Both the position numbers and the translations under genes were made by a program. The notes under the pieces were generated by a model. That model was not told the origin of the DNA, did not search any database, and worked only from the letters and a program-made list of their open reading frames with translations. 64,000 nucleotides of DNA from an uncultured Phycisphaerae bacterium (GTDB taxonomy: Bacteria; Planctomycetota; Phycisphaerae; UBA1845; Fen-1342), in NCBI GenBank assembly GCA_937928595.1, contig CALGJV010000017.1, positions 64,744-128,743 of the forward strand, given 5' to 3'. This document shows positions 54,673-63,598 of the stretch, one piece after another. How positions within the stretch are numbered: the first letter of the stretch is position 1; each line of letters opens with the position of its first letter.

Positions 54673-55857
54673 CTACACCTCGGTCAGCATCTTCAGGTAA
54701 CTGAAGTACCGCCGCGCGCTGATCGCGCCGGCCGCGACGGCCGCGCCGACGGCGCAGCCCTCCTCACCGCGGTGCAGGCAGTTGTTGAAGCGGCACTGCG
54801 CGATGTACGGCAGGAACTCGACGAAGCACGCTTCCAGCTCACCGGGCGCCACCGCCCACAGGTCGAACGCGCGGATCCCCGGCGTGTCGATCACGAACCC
54901 GCCGAAGTCCAGCGGCATCAGCTCGGCCAGGGTCGTCGTGTGCCGGCCCTTCTCGTTCTCGGCGCTGACGCTCGCCGTCGGCAGCTGCAGACCGGGCTGC
55001 ACGGCGTTCAGCAGTGAGCTCTTGCCGACGCCGCTCTGGCCCGAGAGCACGGTGAGTCGGCCGCGCAGCACCTCACGCAGCTCGTCCAGCCCCGCGCCGC
55101 TGACGACGCTGGTGCACAGGCATCGGTACCCGAGCGATCGGAACTCCGCCACGATGTCGTGTACGCTCAGACCGGCGTTCGCCCCGTCGGCCTCCTCCTC
55201 CGCGTCCTCGGTCTCCGCGGGCGAGTCCGCGGCGGCCAGGTCCATCTTGTTGAAGCACAGGATCGGCTGGAGCCCGCCCTTGAGCGCCGCGACGATATAC
55301 CGGTCGACCAGGTGCGGCCGCAGCCGCGGCTGGGCCACGCTGACGACCGCCAGCAACTGCTCGGCGTTCGCCACGATCGCGTGCTCGCGGCGGCGGATGT
55401 CGCGGCGGGACAGGGTGGTCGTGCGGGGCTCCACGCGCTCGATCACGCCCACCGGCCGGCCGTCGTGCACCCGGGCCTGGTCCGACAGCCAGACGCGGTC
55501 GCCCACCATGACGGGGGCGCGGGTCTGGATCAGGAGCGTCCGCAGCACGCGCCGGACCGTGCATTCCCACGCGCGGCCCTCGTCGTCGGTAACGTACACG
55601 AACAGGCCGTGCACCTTGGTCACGCGGCCGGGCCGCCACAGCGCCTCGTCGACGACCCGCTGGTCGTCGTCGCCGACGATGACCGTCCGCTTGCGGGACA
55701 GGTCGCCCTTGGCTCGGACGGACTCGGACGTCTGCACATCCTCGAGCCGTTCCTGGTCGGCGCGGAACCGCTGGGTCCAGTCGTCAGCCCGACGGCGGAC
55801 CTGGCGGTTCTGGCGGAACTCCACGCGAACCTTGCGTGACGGCCGTTTCCGCGACAT
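54673..55857 (-). CDS. rsgA: Ribosome small-subunit-dependent GTPase A
   Basis: OB-fold N-domain, circularly permuted GTPase blocks (NKMDL, GQSGVGKSSL, DTPG) and the zinc knuckle CRFNNCLHRGEEGC. It also has a basic about 70-aa N-terminal extension and an acidic insert. Confidence 0.9.
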   Translation of the reverse strand: MSRKRPSRKVRVEFRQNRQVRRRADDWTQRFRADQERLEDVQTSESVRAKGDLSRKRTVIVGDDDQRVVDEALWRPGRVTKVHGLFVYVTDDEGRAWECTVRRVLRTLLIQTRAPVMVGDRVWLSDQARVHDGRPVGVIERVEPRTTTLSRRDIRRREHAIVANAEQLLAVVSVAQPRLRPHLVDRYIVAALKGGLQPILCFNKMDLAAADSPAETEDAEEEADGANAGLSVHDIVAEFRSLGYRCLCTSVVSGAGLDELREVLRGRLTVLSGQSGVGKSSLLNAVQPGLQLPTASVSAENEKGRHTTTLAELMPLDFGGFVIDTPGIRAFDLWAVAPGELEACFVEFLPYIAQCRFNNCLHRGEEGCAVGAAVAAGAISARRYFSYLKMLTEV

Positions 55858-55891
55858 GCCGTCATTCTACTCGGGCCGGGGCGGCGGACCG

Positions 55892-55920
55892 TTGCAGGTC
55901 GGCACAGTTTCGGGCACAAT
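55892..55920 (+). promoter_or_regulatory. Candidate sigma70-like promoter TTGCAG-N17-CACAAT upstream of prpD
   Basis: Hexamers at 55892-55897 and 55915-55920, in the 90-nt divergent gap between rsgA and prpD. GAGGGAG Shine-Dalgarno at about 55936-55942. Confidence 0.3.
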
Positions 55921-55947
55921 CGGGCATCCGGTGCCCGAGGGAGCTGC

Positions 55948-57303
55948 ATGACGTCGTTGGCCCATACGCTGGCCGAGCGGGCGGTGACGACCCGCTACGA
56001 GGATCTGTCCCCCCGCGTCGTTCACGAGGTGAAGCGACGCGTGCTCGACTCACTGGGCTGCGCCCTCGGGGCGTGGACGAGTCGCCCCGCCCGCGTGACG
56101 CGGGCCATCGCGGAGGGGGTGAGCGTGCCGCGCGGCGCCAGCCTGCTCGGCAGCCGTCACCGGACGTTGCCGGAACTGGCCGCGTTCAGCAACGGGGCCC
56201 TCGTCCGCTACCTCGACTTCAACGACACGTATCTGAGTCTCGAGCCGGCCCATCCGAGCGACAACCTGCCGGCGGCGCTGGCCGTGGGACAAGCCGTCGA
56301 GGCGTCCGGGCGGGACATCATCCTCGCGGCGGCGCTGGGCTACGAGCTGCAGTGCCGCCTGTGCGACGCCGCGTCGCTCCGCAAGCACGGCTGGGACCAC
56401 GTGTATTACGGCGCGCTCTCGACGGCGCTGCTCGCCAGTCGGCTGTATGGGCTGAACGTCCCGCAGACGGTGCACGCGCTGGGGCTGGCGGGGGTGTGCA
56501 ACTTCGCCACCCGGCAGACGCGCACGGGCCAGCTTTCCGACTGGAAAGCCTGCGCGTTCTCGAACGCGGCCCGCAACGGGATTTTCGCCGCCCAGCTCGC
56601 GCGGCAGGGCCTCACCGGGCCGCATGAGATCTTCGAGGGTCCCAAAGGCCTGTTCCAGATGGTCACCGGGCCGTTCGACCTGAAATGGGCGACCGGCCCG
56701 GACGACTGGATGATCCTGCGCACGTACATCAAGTACTGGCCAGCGGAGTATCACTCGCAGTCGGCGATCGACGCAGCGCTCCAGCTCCGGCCGGAGTGCG
56801 GCGACCCCCGGCAGATCGAGAGCATCCGGATTGAGAGTTTCGAGGCCGCGGTCAGCATCATCGGCAGCGAACCGGAGAAGTGGCGGCCGACGAGCCGTGA
56901 GACGGCCGACCACAGCATGGGCTACTGCGTGGCGGTGGCGCTGCTGGACGGCGACGTGACGCGGGCGTCCTTCGACGAGCAGCGGATTCGGGACGCGACC
57001 GTGCTGGCGCTGCTCGACCGCATCCGCATCGTCGAGACGGCTGAATGCAACGCGGGGTACCCGGACGGCATTCCGAACCGGCTGATCATCCGCACGGGGG
57101 ACGGTCGCGAGCTCCGGAAGCTGGTGAAGTACCCGCGCGGACACGCCGGCAACCCGATGACGGACGACGAGGTGATCGCGAAGTTCCGCCGACAGGCCGC
57201 GGGCGTGGTGAGCGACGCGACGGCCCAGCGGCTGATCGAGCTCGCATTGGCCCTGGACACACTGGCGGACGTGACGCCGCTGCTGGAATTCGACGTGCTC
57301 TGA
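55948..57303 (+). CDS. prpD: MmgE/PrpD family protein, probable 2-methylcitrate dehydratase
   Basis: MmgE_PrpD pattern across the full length (LA..A....Y.DL...V....KR..LD.LGCALGA...). It sits next to prpB and prpC. Confidence 0.8.
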   Translation: MTSLAHTLAERAVTTRYEDLSPRVVHEVKRRVLDSLGCALGAWTSRPARVTRAIAEGVSVPRGASLLGSRHRTLPELAAFSNGALVRYLDFNDTYLSLEPAHPSDNLPAALAVGQAVEASGRDIILAAALGYELQCRLCDAASLRKHGWDHVYYGALSTALLASRLYGLNVPQTVHALGLAGVCNFATRQTRTGQLSDWKACAFSNAARNGIFAAQLARQGLTGPHEIFEGPKGLFQMVTGPFDLKWATGPDDWMILRTYIKYWPAEYHSQSAIDAALQLRPECGDPRQIESIRIESFEAAVSIIGSEPEKWRPTSRETADHSMGYCVAVALLDGDVTRASFDEQRIRDATVLALLDRIRIVETAECNAGYPDGIPNRLIIRTGDGRELRKLVKYPRGHAGNPMTDDEVIAKFRRQAAGVVSDATAQRLIELALALDTLADVTPLLEFDVL

Positions 57304-57344
57304 CATATGGCATGGCCGGGAACCCGAGCCGGAAGGACAGGACG

Positions 57345-58628
57345 ATGGCCGACAAGGCGACGCTGACGTACAACGGCAAGACCTACGAGCTGCCCGTGGT
57401 GGTGGGCACGGAGAACGAGGCGGCGATCGACATCCAGCACCTGCGGGCGGAATCGGGACTCATCACGCTCGATGACGGCTACGCCAACACCGGCTCGTGC
57501 ATCAGCAACATCACCTTCATCGACGGCGAGCAGGGAATCCTGCGCTACCGCGGCTACCCGATTGAGGAGCTCGCCGAGTATTCGACTTTCGTGGAGACCG
57601 CGTACCTGCTGATCACGGGCGAGTTGCCGAACGCCCGGCAGCTGGCCGAGTTCAAGGCGTTGCTCAACGAGCATCAGTTCATCCACGAGAACATGCGGCA
57701 CCACTTCGAGGGCTTCCCGGCCGACGCGCCGCCCATGGCCATTCTCTCGGCCATGCTCAACACGCTGGGCTGCTTCGAGCCCGCCGTCGCCCGGCCGAGC
57801 GACGAGCCGAACTTCCTGGCGTCGGCCGCCCGATTGCTCTCGAAAGTCCGGGCCATCGCGGCCGCGAGCTACCGCAAGTCGATGGGCCTGCCGATCAACT
57901 ATCCGCGCTTCGACCTGTCGTACACGGCGAACTTCTGGCACCTCATGTTCTGCATGCCGAACGCGCCGTGCGAGCCGGACCCGGACATCGTCCGCGCGCT
58001 GGACATGATCTTTATCCTGCACGCGGACCACGAGCAGAACTGCTCCACCTCGACCGTACGCATGGTCGCATCGAGCCAGGCGAACCTGTACGCCTCCGTG
58101 GCGGCGGGCGTCTGCGCCCTCTGGGGCCCGCTGCACGGCGGGGCCAACATGGCCGTGATCGAGATGCTGGAGGGCATCCGGGCCCGCGGCGAGTCGGTGC
58201 CGGCGTTCGTCGCGAAGGTCAAGGACGCGCACGCCCGGCTCATGGGCTTCGGCCACCGCGTTTACAAGAACTTCGACCCCCGCGCCAAGATCATCAAGCA
58301 GGCCTGCGACCGCGTGCTGTCGCGGCTGGGCATCCGCGATCCGCTGCTCGACATCGCGATGGAGCTCGAGGAAGTGGCCCTCCGCGACCCGTACTTCATC
58401 GAGCGCAAGCTGTACCCGAACGTGGACTTTTACAGCGGCATCATCATGCGGGCCGCGAAGATCCCGCTCAGCATGTTCCCCGTGCTGTTCGCGATCGGCC
58501 GCATGCCCGGCTGGATCGCCAACTGGCGCGAAGTACACCTGAACCCCAAGGCCCGCATCTACCGGCCGCGGCAGGTCTACAACGGGCCGACGAAGCGGCC
58601 GTACACGATGCTCGCGGCACGGGGCTGA
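57345..58628 (+). CDS. gltA: Citrate synthase, type II (GltA-like, 427 aa)
   Basis: N-terminus MADKATLTYNGKTYELPV...ITFIDGEQGILRYRGYPIEEL closely parallels enterobacterial GltA. Catalytic blocks LHADHEQN and GFGHRVYK are present. Confidence 0.9.
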   Translation: MADKATLTYNGKTYELPVVVGTENEAAIDIQHLRAESGLITLDDGYANTGSCISNITFIDGEQGILRYRGYPIEELAEYSTFVETAYLLITGELPNARQLAEFKALLNEHQFIHENMRHHFEGFPADAPPMAILSAMLNTLGCFEPAVARPSDEPNFLASAARLLSKVRAIAAASYRKSMGLPINYPRFDLSYTANFWHLMFCMPNAPCEPDPDIVRALDMIFILHADHEQNCSTSTVRMVASSQANLYASVAAGVCALWGPLHGGANMAVIEMLEGIRARGESVPAFVAKVKDAHARLMGFGHRVYKNFDPRAKIIKQACDRVLSRLGIRDPLLDIAMELEEVALRDPYFIERKLYPNVDFYSGIIMRAAKIPLSMFPVLFAIGRMPGWIANWREVHLNPKARIYRPRQVYNGPTKRPYTMLAARG

Positions 58629-58658
58629 AGCCCGCCCGCGAACCCGGCTGCAAGAAAT

Positions 58659-59525
58659 ATGACCGAGCCGACTCCATCCCGTGCGACGCGTCTGCGAGCC
58701 CTGCTCCGCGATCACACGGTTGTCCTGCCGGGCGCGTTCAGCGCCCTGACGGCGCGGATGATCGAGCAGGCCGGCTTCGAGGCCGGGTACCTGTCCGGCG
58801 GGGCCCTTGCCAACAGCCTGCTGGGGGTCCCCGACATCGGCCTGACGACGCTCAGCGAGGCTGCGTGGCACGCCGCCCGCTGCGCGGCCGCAACGAACAT
58901 CCCGCTCATCAGCGACGCCGATACCGGTTTCGGGGGGCCCGAAAACGCCGCCCGGACTGTGGCGGAGTTCGAGCGGGCGGGCCTCGCCGGCCTGCACCTG
59001 GAGGATCAGGAGTTCCCGAAACGGTGCGGGCACCTTGCCGGCAAGCGGCTGGTGCCGGAGAGCGAATTCTGCGAGAAGCTGGCGGCGGCCGTGGCGGCTC
59101 GCCGGGATCTCGATTTCCTCATCATTGCCCGGACGGACGCCCGCGGCGTGACGTCCTACGACGACGCCGTCGCGCGGGCCCACGCGTACCTGCACGCGGG
59201 GGCCGACGCGATTTTCCCCGAGGCTTTGACGAGTCGGGAGGAGTTCGCGCGCTTCGCCCGCGACGTGCCGGCGCTGCTGTTGGCCAATATGACGGAGTTC
59301 GGCCGGACCCCCTGCCTGAGCGTGTCCGAGCTTTCGGCCCTGGGCTACCGACTCGTGATCTTTCCCGTGACGCTCCAACGCATCGCGATGAAGGCCGTGC
59401 GGGACGCCCTGGACGAGCTGCGACGGAGCGGCACGCAGGCCGGCTTGCTGGACCGGATGCAGACGCGCCAGGAGCTGTACGACCTGCTCGGATATGACGG
59501 GACTGTCGGGGGTGGATCGATATAG
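58659..59525 (+). CDS. prpB: Methylisocitrate lyase
   Basis: ICL/PEP-mutase family blocks SDADTGFG, LEDQEFPKRCGHLAGK and IIARTDA. Confidence 0.85.
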   Translation: MTEPTPSRATRLRALLRDHTVVLPGAFSALTARMIEQAGFEAGYLSGGALANSLLGVPDIGLTTLSEAAWHAARCAAATNIPLISDADTGFGGPENAARTVAEFERAGLAGLHLEDQEFPKRCGHLAGKRLVPESEFCEKLAAAVAARRDLDFLIIARTDARGVTSYDDAVARAHAYLHAGADAIFPEALTSREEFARFARDVPALLLANMTEFGRTPCLSVSELSALGYRLVIFPVTLQRIAMKAVRDALDELRRSGTQAGLLDRMQTRQELYDLLGYDGTVGGGSI

Positions 59526-59599
59526 CGCGGGCTGCGCTACGTTCTGCTTTGCCGGCGTGGGCGCGGCAGCCCGATCCGCCGGCCGGAGTCACGAGCCGT

Positions 59600-60742
59600 A
59601 TGACCACTACGACCGAGTTCTACTCGCCGGGACTGGACGGCGTGATCGCGGGTGAGACCGCGATTTCGTCGGTCGAGCAGGGCAACCTGCTGTATCGCGG
59701 CTACGACATCGCCGAGCTGGCGGAGCACGCGTCGTTCGAGGAATGCGCGTACCTCTTGCTGCACGGGGAGTTGCCGTCGCGGACGCAACTGGACACGTTT
59801 CGAGCGGCGCTGGACGCGGAGCGCGCCCTCCCGGAGCCGGTGCTCGCGGCGCTGCGTCAGGTCCCGTCACAGGTTGATTTGATGGATGCCCTGCGGACCG
59901 GCCTGTCTCTCGCGGCGCACTACGATCCGCGCGGGACGGCGGTACACACGTCGGCCCCACCGCCGGAGCTCCTGCGCGCCCAGGCCATGCGGGTGCTCGC
60001 CCAGGTGCCGACCCTGATCGGCGCGCTGGTACGGCTCCGCGCCGGGCAGGTGCCGCTCGCACCGCGGGAAGGGCTCTCACACGCCGCGCAGCTCTACCAA
60101 CTGATCCTGGGCCGCACGCCGGATCTGCTCGCGGAGCGGGTCCTCAATCTCACGCTGATCCTGTACGCCGAGCACGAGTTCAACGCCTCGACGTTCGCCG
60201 CCCGAGTGTGCGCCAGCACGCGCAGCGACCTCTACTCGGCCGTGGTCGCCGCCGTCGCCACGCTCAAGGGCCCGCTGCACGGCGGGGCCAACGAGCAGGC
60301 GATCGAGCTCATCAACCGGTTTGATTCGGCCGCTGCGGCCCGGCAGTGGGTCCTCGACGCGCTGGCCCGCAAGGAGCTCGTGATGGGCTTCGGGCACCGG
60401 GTCTACAAGAGCGGCGACCACCGGGCGCGGATTCTCGAGCGCTACGTCGAGGAACTGGGCCGGCAGCGCGGGGAGGCGACCCGCGTCGCGGTCTACCACG
60501 CGATCAAGAACACCGTGTGGGAGCAGAAGCAGCTCCACCCCAATCTCGACTTCCCCTGCGGCCTGGTCTACTTCCTGCTCGAGCTGCCGATCGCGACCTA
60601 CACGCCCATCTTCGTCGCCTCCCGCGTCAGCGGCTGGTGTGCCCACGTGATCGAGCAGGCCGGCGCCAACCGGATCATCCGACCGCGCAGCCGCTACAGC
60701 GGTCCGCCCGCCCGCCCGTTCGTTCCCATCGACCGGCGCTGA
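59600..60742 (+). CDS. prpC: Citrate synthase-family enzyme, probable 2-methylcitrate synthase (380 aa)
   Basis: GLDGVIAGETAIS...LLYRGYDI, LILYAEHEFNAST and GFGHRVYKSGDHR. This is the short (type I-like) form typical of PrpC. Confidence 0.8.
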   Translation: MTTTTEFYSPGLDGVIAGETAISSVEQGNLLYRGYDIAELAEHASFEECAYLLLHGELPSRTQLDTFRAALDAERALPEPVLAALRQVPSQVDLMDALRTGLSLAAHYDPRGTAVHTSAPPPELLRAQAMRVLAQVPTLIGALVRLRAGQVPLAPREGLSHAAQLYQLILGRTPDLLAERVLNLTLILYAEHEFNASTFAARVCASTRSDLYSAVVAAVATLKGPLHGGANEQAIELINRFDSAAAARQWVLDALARKELVMGFGHRVYKSGDHRARILERYVEELGRQRGEATRVAVYHAIKNTVWEQKQLHPNLDFPCGLVYFLLELPIATYTPIFVASRVSGWCAHVIEQAGANRIIRPRSRYSGPPARPFVPIDRR

Positions 60743-60876
60743 GTCGCATTCGTCCGCAGACTTCCCGGCGCGCGGTGGCGTTCGGCCGGACCGCCGGTAT
60801 CCTACGACCACGCCCGCGTCGGACGGCCGGAGCGCAGCGGTCGCGCCGGGTGGCACCTCGCCGCAGGAGACGTGTC

Positions 60877-62718
60877 TTGTCGTCCAACCCGCCCGCCCCG
60901 GCGCCGAGCTATGCGTCGAACGATGGACCGGCCCCGCGGACGATCCTGGGCCATCCGGTCGGGCTTTACGTCCTGTTCTTCACCGAGTTGTGGGAGCGCT
61001 TCAGCTTCTACGGCATGAAGACGCTCCTGATGCTCTACATGGTCAACTCGTTCGTGTGGTCGCAGGAGAAGGCCTCGGCCCACATGGGCTGGTACACGAT
61101 GCTCGCGTACGCGATGCCGGTGCTGGGGGGGCTCGTGGCCGACCGCTACCTCGGGGCGTGGCGGGCCACGTTCCTCGGCGGCGTCCTGCTGGCGATCGGC
61201 CACTTCCTGATGGCGTTCGAGCCCCTCCCGTTCTTCTACTCGGCGCTCGCGTTCATCATCGCGGGCGTCGGGCTGCTCAAGCCGAACATCTCGACACAGG
61301 TCGGCAGCCTGTATGCACCGGGTGATCCGCGGCGTGACGGGGCGTTCACGATCTTCTATATGGGCATCAATCTCGGCGCGTTCATCGGTCCGCTCCTGTG
61401 CGACTGGCTGCGCGTCCGCTACGGGTATCACTACGGCTTCGGCGCCGCCGGCGTGGGCATGGTGCTCGGCCTGATCGTGTACGTCCTGGGCCGGCCGGCC
61501 CTGGTCACCCGCAGCGCCACTATCCGCGCCGCCGCACCGACTGCCGCGGAGGAAGCCGCGCCCCATGTCGTGCGCGACCGACTCATCGTCCTCGTCATCA
61601 TCTTCGCGTTCGTCGTGCTGTTCTGGATGGCGTTCGAGCAGAGCTCGAACGTGCTGCTCATCTGGGCGGACAAGCACACGAACCTGCGGCCGTTTTCCTC
61701 GCAGCCGCCGCCGGTTCTGCTGGACGGCGCGGCGCCGACGGCGACCGCCGCGGGCGGGCTCGCCGCGTTTGAGATCACGTCCGGGCAGACGCAATCGCTC
61801 AACCCGTTCTTCATCATCACGCTGGCACCGGTGTTCGCGTTCTTCTGGCTGTGGCTCGAAAAGCGGAAGCTGCAGCCCTCGACGCCCGCGAAGATGGTGC
61901 TCGGCCTGACCGCCGTCGTCGTGGCGTACGGTATCATGTGGCCGGCCGCCCTCCTGGAGAACGGACCGAGCCGCGCGCCGCTGGCCGAAGTGCCGGCGGG
62001 TGTGAAGCTCGAGGAGTTCGGCGCGACGCGGCTCCGCTACGACGCGAGCCGACGGTCCCTCGAACTGAACGGCGTCCTGCCCGACCTCGACCGGCTGCGT
62101 CTGCTCGCGCAGGCCGCGCCGCCGGAGATCGCGTCGGCCGTAGACGCGCTGGCCCAGCAGGCGGCGGCGCGAGCCAAGGACAAGCAAGCCCCAAAGAACT
62201 GGGAGGTGGCGGTGCCGCTGCCGACGGCCCCGTCGGACTACCGTATCTCGGGCGTCGCGGCGCCCCACGCGGCGCGCTGGGATCCGGACAACCGGTCTTT
62301 GATCGCGACGCAGGAGCTGTCCGACCGCGCTCGGCTCGAACTGCTCGCGCCGGCCGCGCCGGCGGAATTCCGGTCGGCCGTGGACGCGCTTTACGTCAAC
62401 TCCGGCCAGTACCGCGTCAGCGTCTGGTGGCTGGTGCTGTTCTTCCTTGTGATCACGATGGGCGAGTTGTGCCTGTCGCCGGTCGGGCTGTCGCTCGTGA
62501 CCAAGTTGGCACCCCCGAGGCACGTCGGCATCCTGATGGGCGGCTGGTTCCTCGCGACCGCGATCGCCAACAAGGCGGCGCACTTCCTGGGCGGGTCCTG
62601 GGGCAAGATGCCGCCGCTTCAGTACTTCATGATGTTCCTGGTCATCTGCGCGGTCGGCGCGCTCATCCTGGCCGTGCTGGTACGCCCGATGAGGCGGATG
62701 ATGCACGGCGTGAAGTAG
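60877..62718 (+). CDS. Proton-dependent oligopeptide transporter (POT/PTR2 family) with large TM9-TM10 loop insertion
   Basis: ELWERFSFYGM (ExxERFxYY motif), FYMGINLGAFIGP, and TM10 MGELCLSPVGLS. The first in-frame ATG would delete the ExxER motif, so I propose TTG 60877, preceded by AGGAGA (60865-60870). Confidence 0.8.
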   Translation: MSSNPPAPAPSYASNDGPAPRTILGHPVGLYVLFFTELWERFSFYGMKTLLMLYMVNSFVWSQEKASAHMGWYTMLAYAMPVLGGLVADRYLGAWRATFLGGVLLAIGHFLMAFEPLPFFYSALAFIIAGVGLLKPNISTQVGSLYAPGDPRRDGAFTIFYMGINLGAFIGPLLCDWLRVRYGYHYGFGAAGVGMVLGLIVYVLGRPALVTRSATIRAAAPTAAEEAAPHVVRDRLIVLVIIFAFVVLFWMAFEQSSNVLLIWADKHTNLRPFSSQPPPVLLDGAAPTATAAGGLAAFEITSGQTQSLNPFFIITLAPVFAFFWLWLEKRKLQPSTPAKMVLGLTAVVVAYGIMWPAALLENGPSRAPLAEVPAGVKLEEFGATRLRYDASRRSLELNGVLPDLDRLRLLAQAAPPEIASAVDALAQQAAARAKDKQAPKNWEVAVPLPTAPSDYRISGVAAPHAARWDPDNRSLIATQELSDRARLELLAPAAPAEFRSAVDALYVNSGQYRVSVWWLVLFFLVITMGELCLSPVGLSLVTKLAPPRHVGILMGGWFLATAIANKAAHFLGGSWGKMPPLQYFMMFLVICAVGALILAVLVRPMRRMMHGVK

Positions 62719-62755
62719 CGTTCGCAGGGGCCGGCCACGGCGGGCGAGCGGTGGG

Positions 62756-63511
62756 CTACCGGCGTTCGGCGTCCAGCAGGGGGCCGTCGAACGGCAGGGC
62801 CGGCTGCGTCGCCGGCGCCGAGGGTACGGCCCCCGCAGGCAGCCAGCCGCAGCCCGGCCAGCCGGCGAGGAGTGCCGCCAGGGCACCCCACGCGAGAATC
62901 AGGACCAGCAGCGTCGTCGCGAGGCTCCAGCGGCTGCGGCGATGCCGGGCAGCCGGCCGCGGCAGGGGGGGAGGCGCGGGGATCGGCTCCACCGCTTGTC
63001 GGGGCGCCGCAGCGGGGGAAGACACCGCCACCGCGGCAGCCGGCGGCCCGGCGGCCGTTGCGGGCTGCTCCACGACGGGCTCAGGGGCCGTGAGTGGCCG
63101 GACGGCGGCCGGACGCGCGCCAGCGCCTTCGCTCGGGTCCGTTGGAGAGGTCGCCACCACGTCCGCGCCGGCGACAAGGCCCGGCTGTTGGCCAAGAATC
63201 CGGGCCACGACGTGCTCATCCCAGCTCTCGACGGTGATCCAGATCCCGGAGTCCGCCGCGGGAGTGTGCGCGTCGAGCGGTGCGGGCCCCGCCGTGCGGC
63301 GCGGCGCGTGGCCGTTCTGGCGCGGGAAGCGGCGTTGCAGGAGCACGCGCACCGGGACATCACCAGCGGCGTGCTGCTGCCTCACGATGTTCTGGACCAG
63401 CCCGACGGCGTGGCGATAGCTGGTCGCAGGCGGCGCGGCGTGGACACGCTCGCGCCCGCGGTGGCGCGTCACGAGTCGGTACATTGAGCGCCCGCTGCTT
63501 CCGGCTCCCAT
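62756..63511 (-). CDS. Hypothetical single-pass membrane protein (N-terminal soluble domain, Pro/Ala linker, C-terminal TM)
   Basis: The frame is GC3-rich. It contains a realistic segment SGIWITVESWDEHVVARILG and a TM helix WSLATTLLVLILAWGALAALLAGW. The start may be 63511 or 63484. Confidence 0.4.
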   Translation of the reverse strand: MGAGSSGRSMYRLVTRHRGRERVHAAPPATSYRHAVGLVQNIVRQQHAAGDVPVRVLLQRRFPRQNGHAPRRTAGPAPLDAHTPAADSGIWITVESWDEHVVARILGQQPGLVAGADVVATSPTDPSEGAGARPAAVRPLTAPEPVVEQPATAAGPPAAAVAVSSPAAAPRQAVEPIPAPPPLPRPAARHRRSRWSLATTLLVLILAWGALAALLAGWPGCGWLPAGAVPSAPATQPALPFDGPLLDAERR

Positions 63512-63598
63512 CCCGTGTCGTTCCTCGGTTCGATCCGCCGCCCGTTCGGCCCGCGCCGTCGGTCGGAAGGCACGAACATACCGCGATTCGGACGGCCG

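Noticed and set aside
56922-59378. 818-aa minus-strand ORF. The same class includes 60802..62886 (694 aa), 52289..54484 (731 aa), 6230..8266 (678 aa, plus strand), 36497..38389 (630 aa, plus strand), 14249..15958 (569 aa, plus strand) and 42983..44131 (382 aa)
   Set aside because: All are antisense to genes with strong family signatures (prpD/gltA/prpB, the POT transporter, the metzincins, pepD/HD-GYP, pyk/gatA, hdrA, the secreted protein). All have Arg/Pro/Gly/His-rich, low-information sequences and are GC-driven artefacts.
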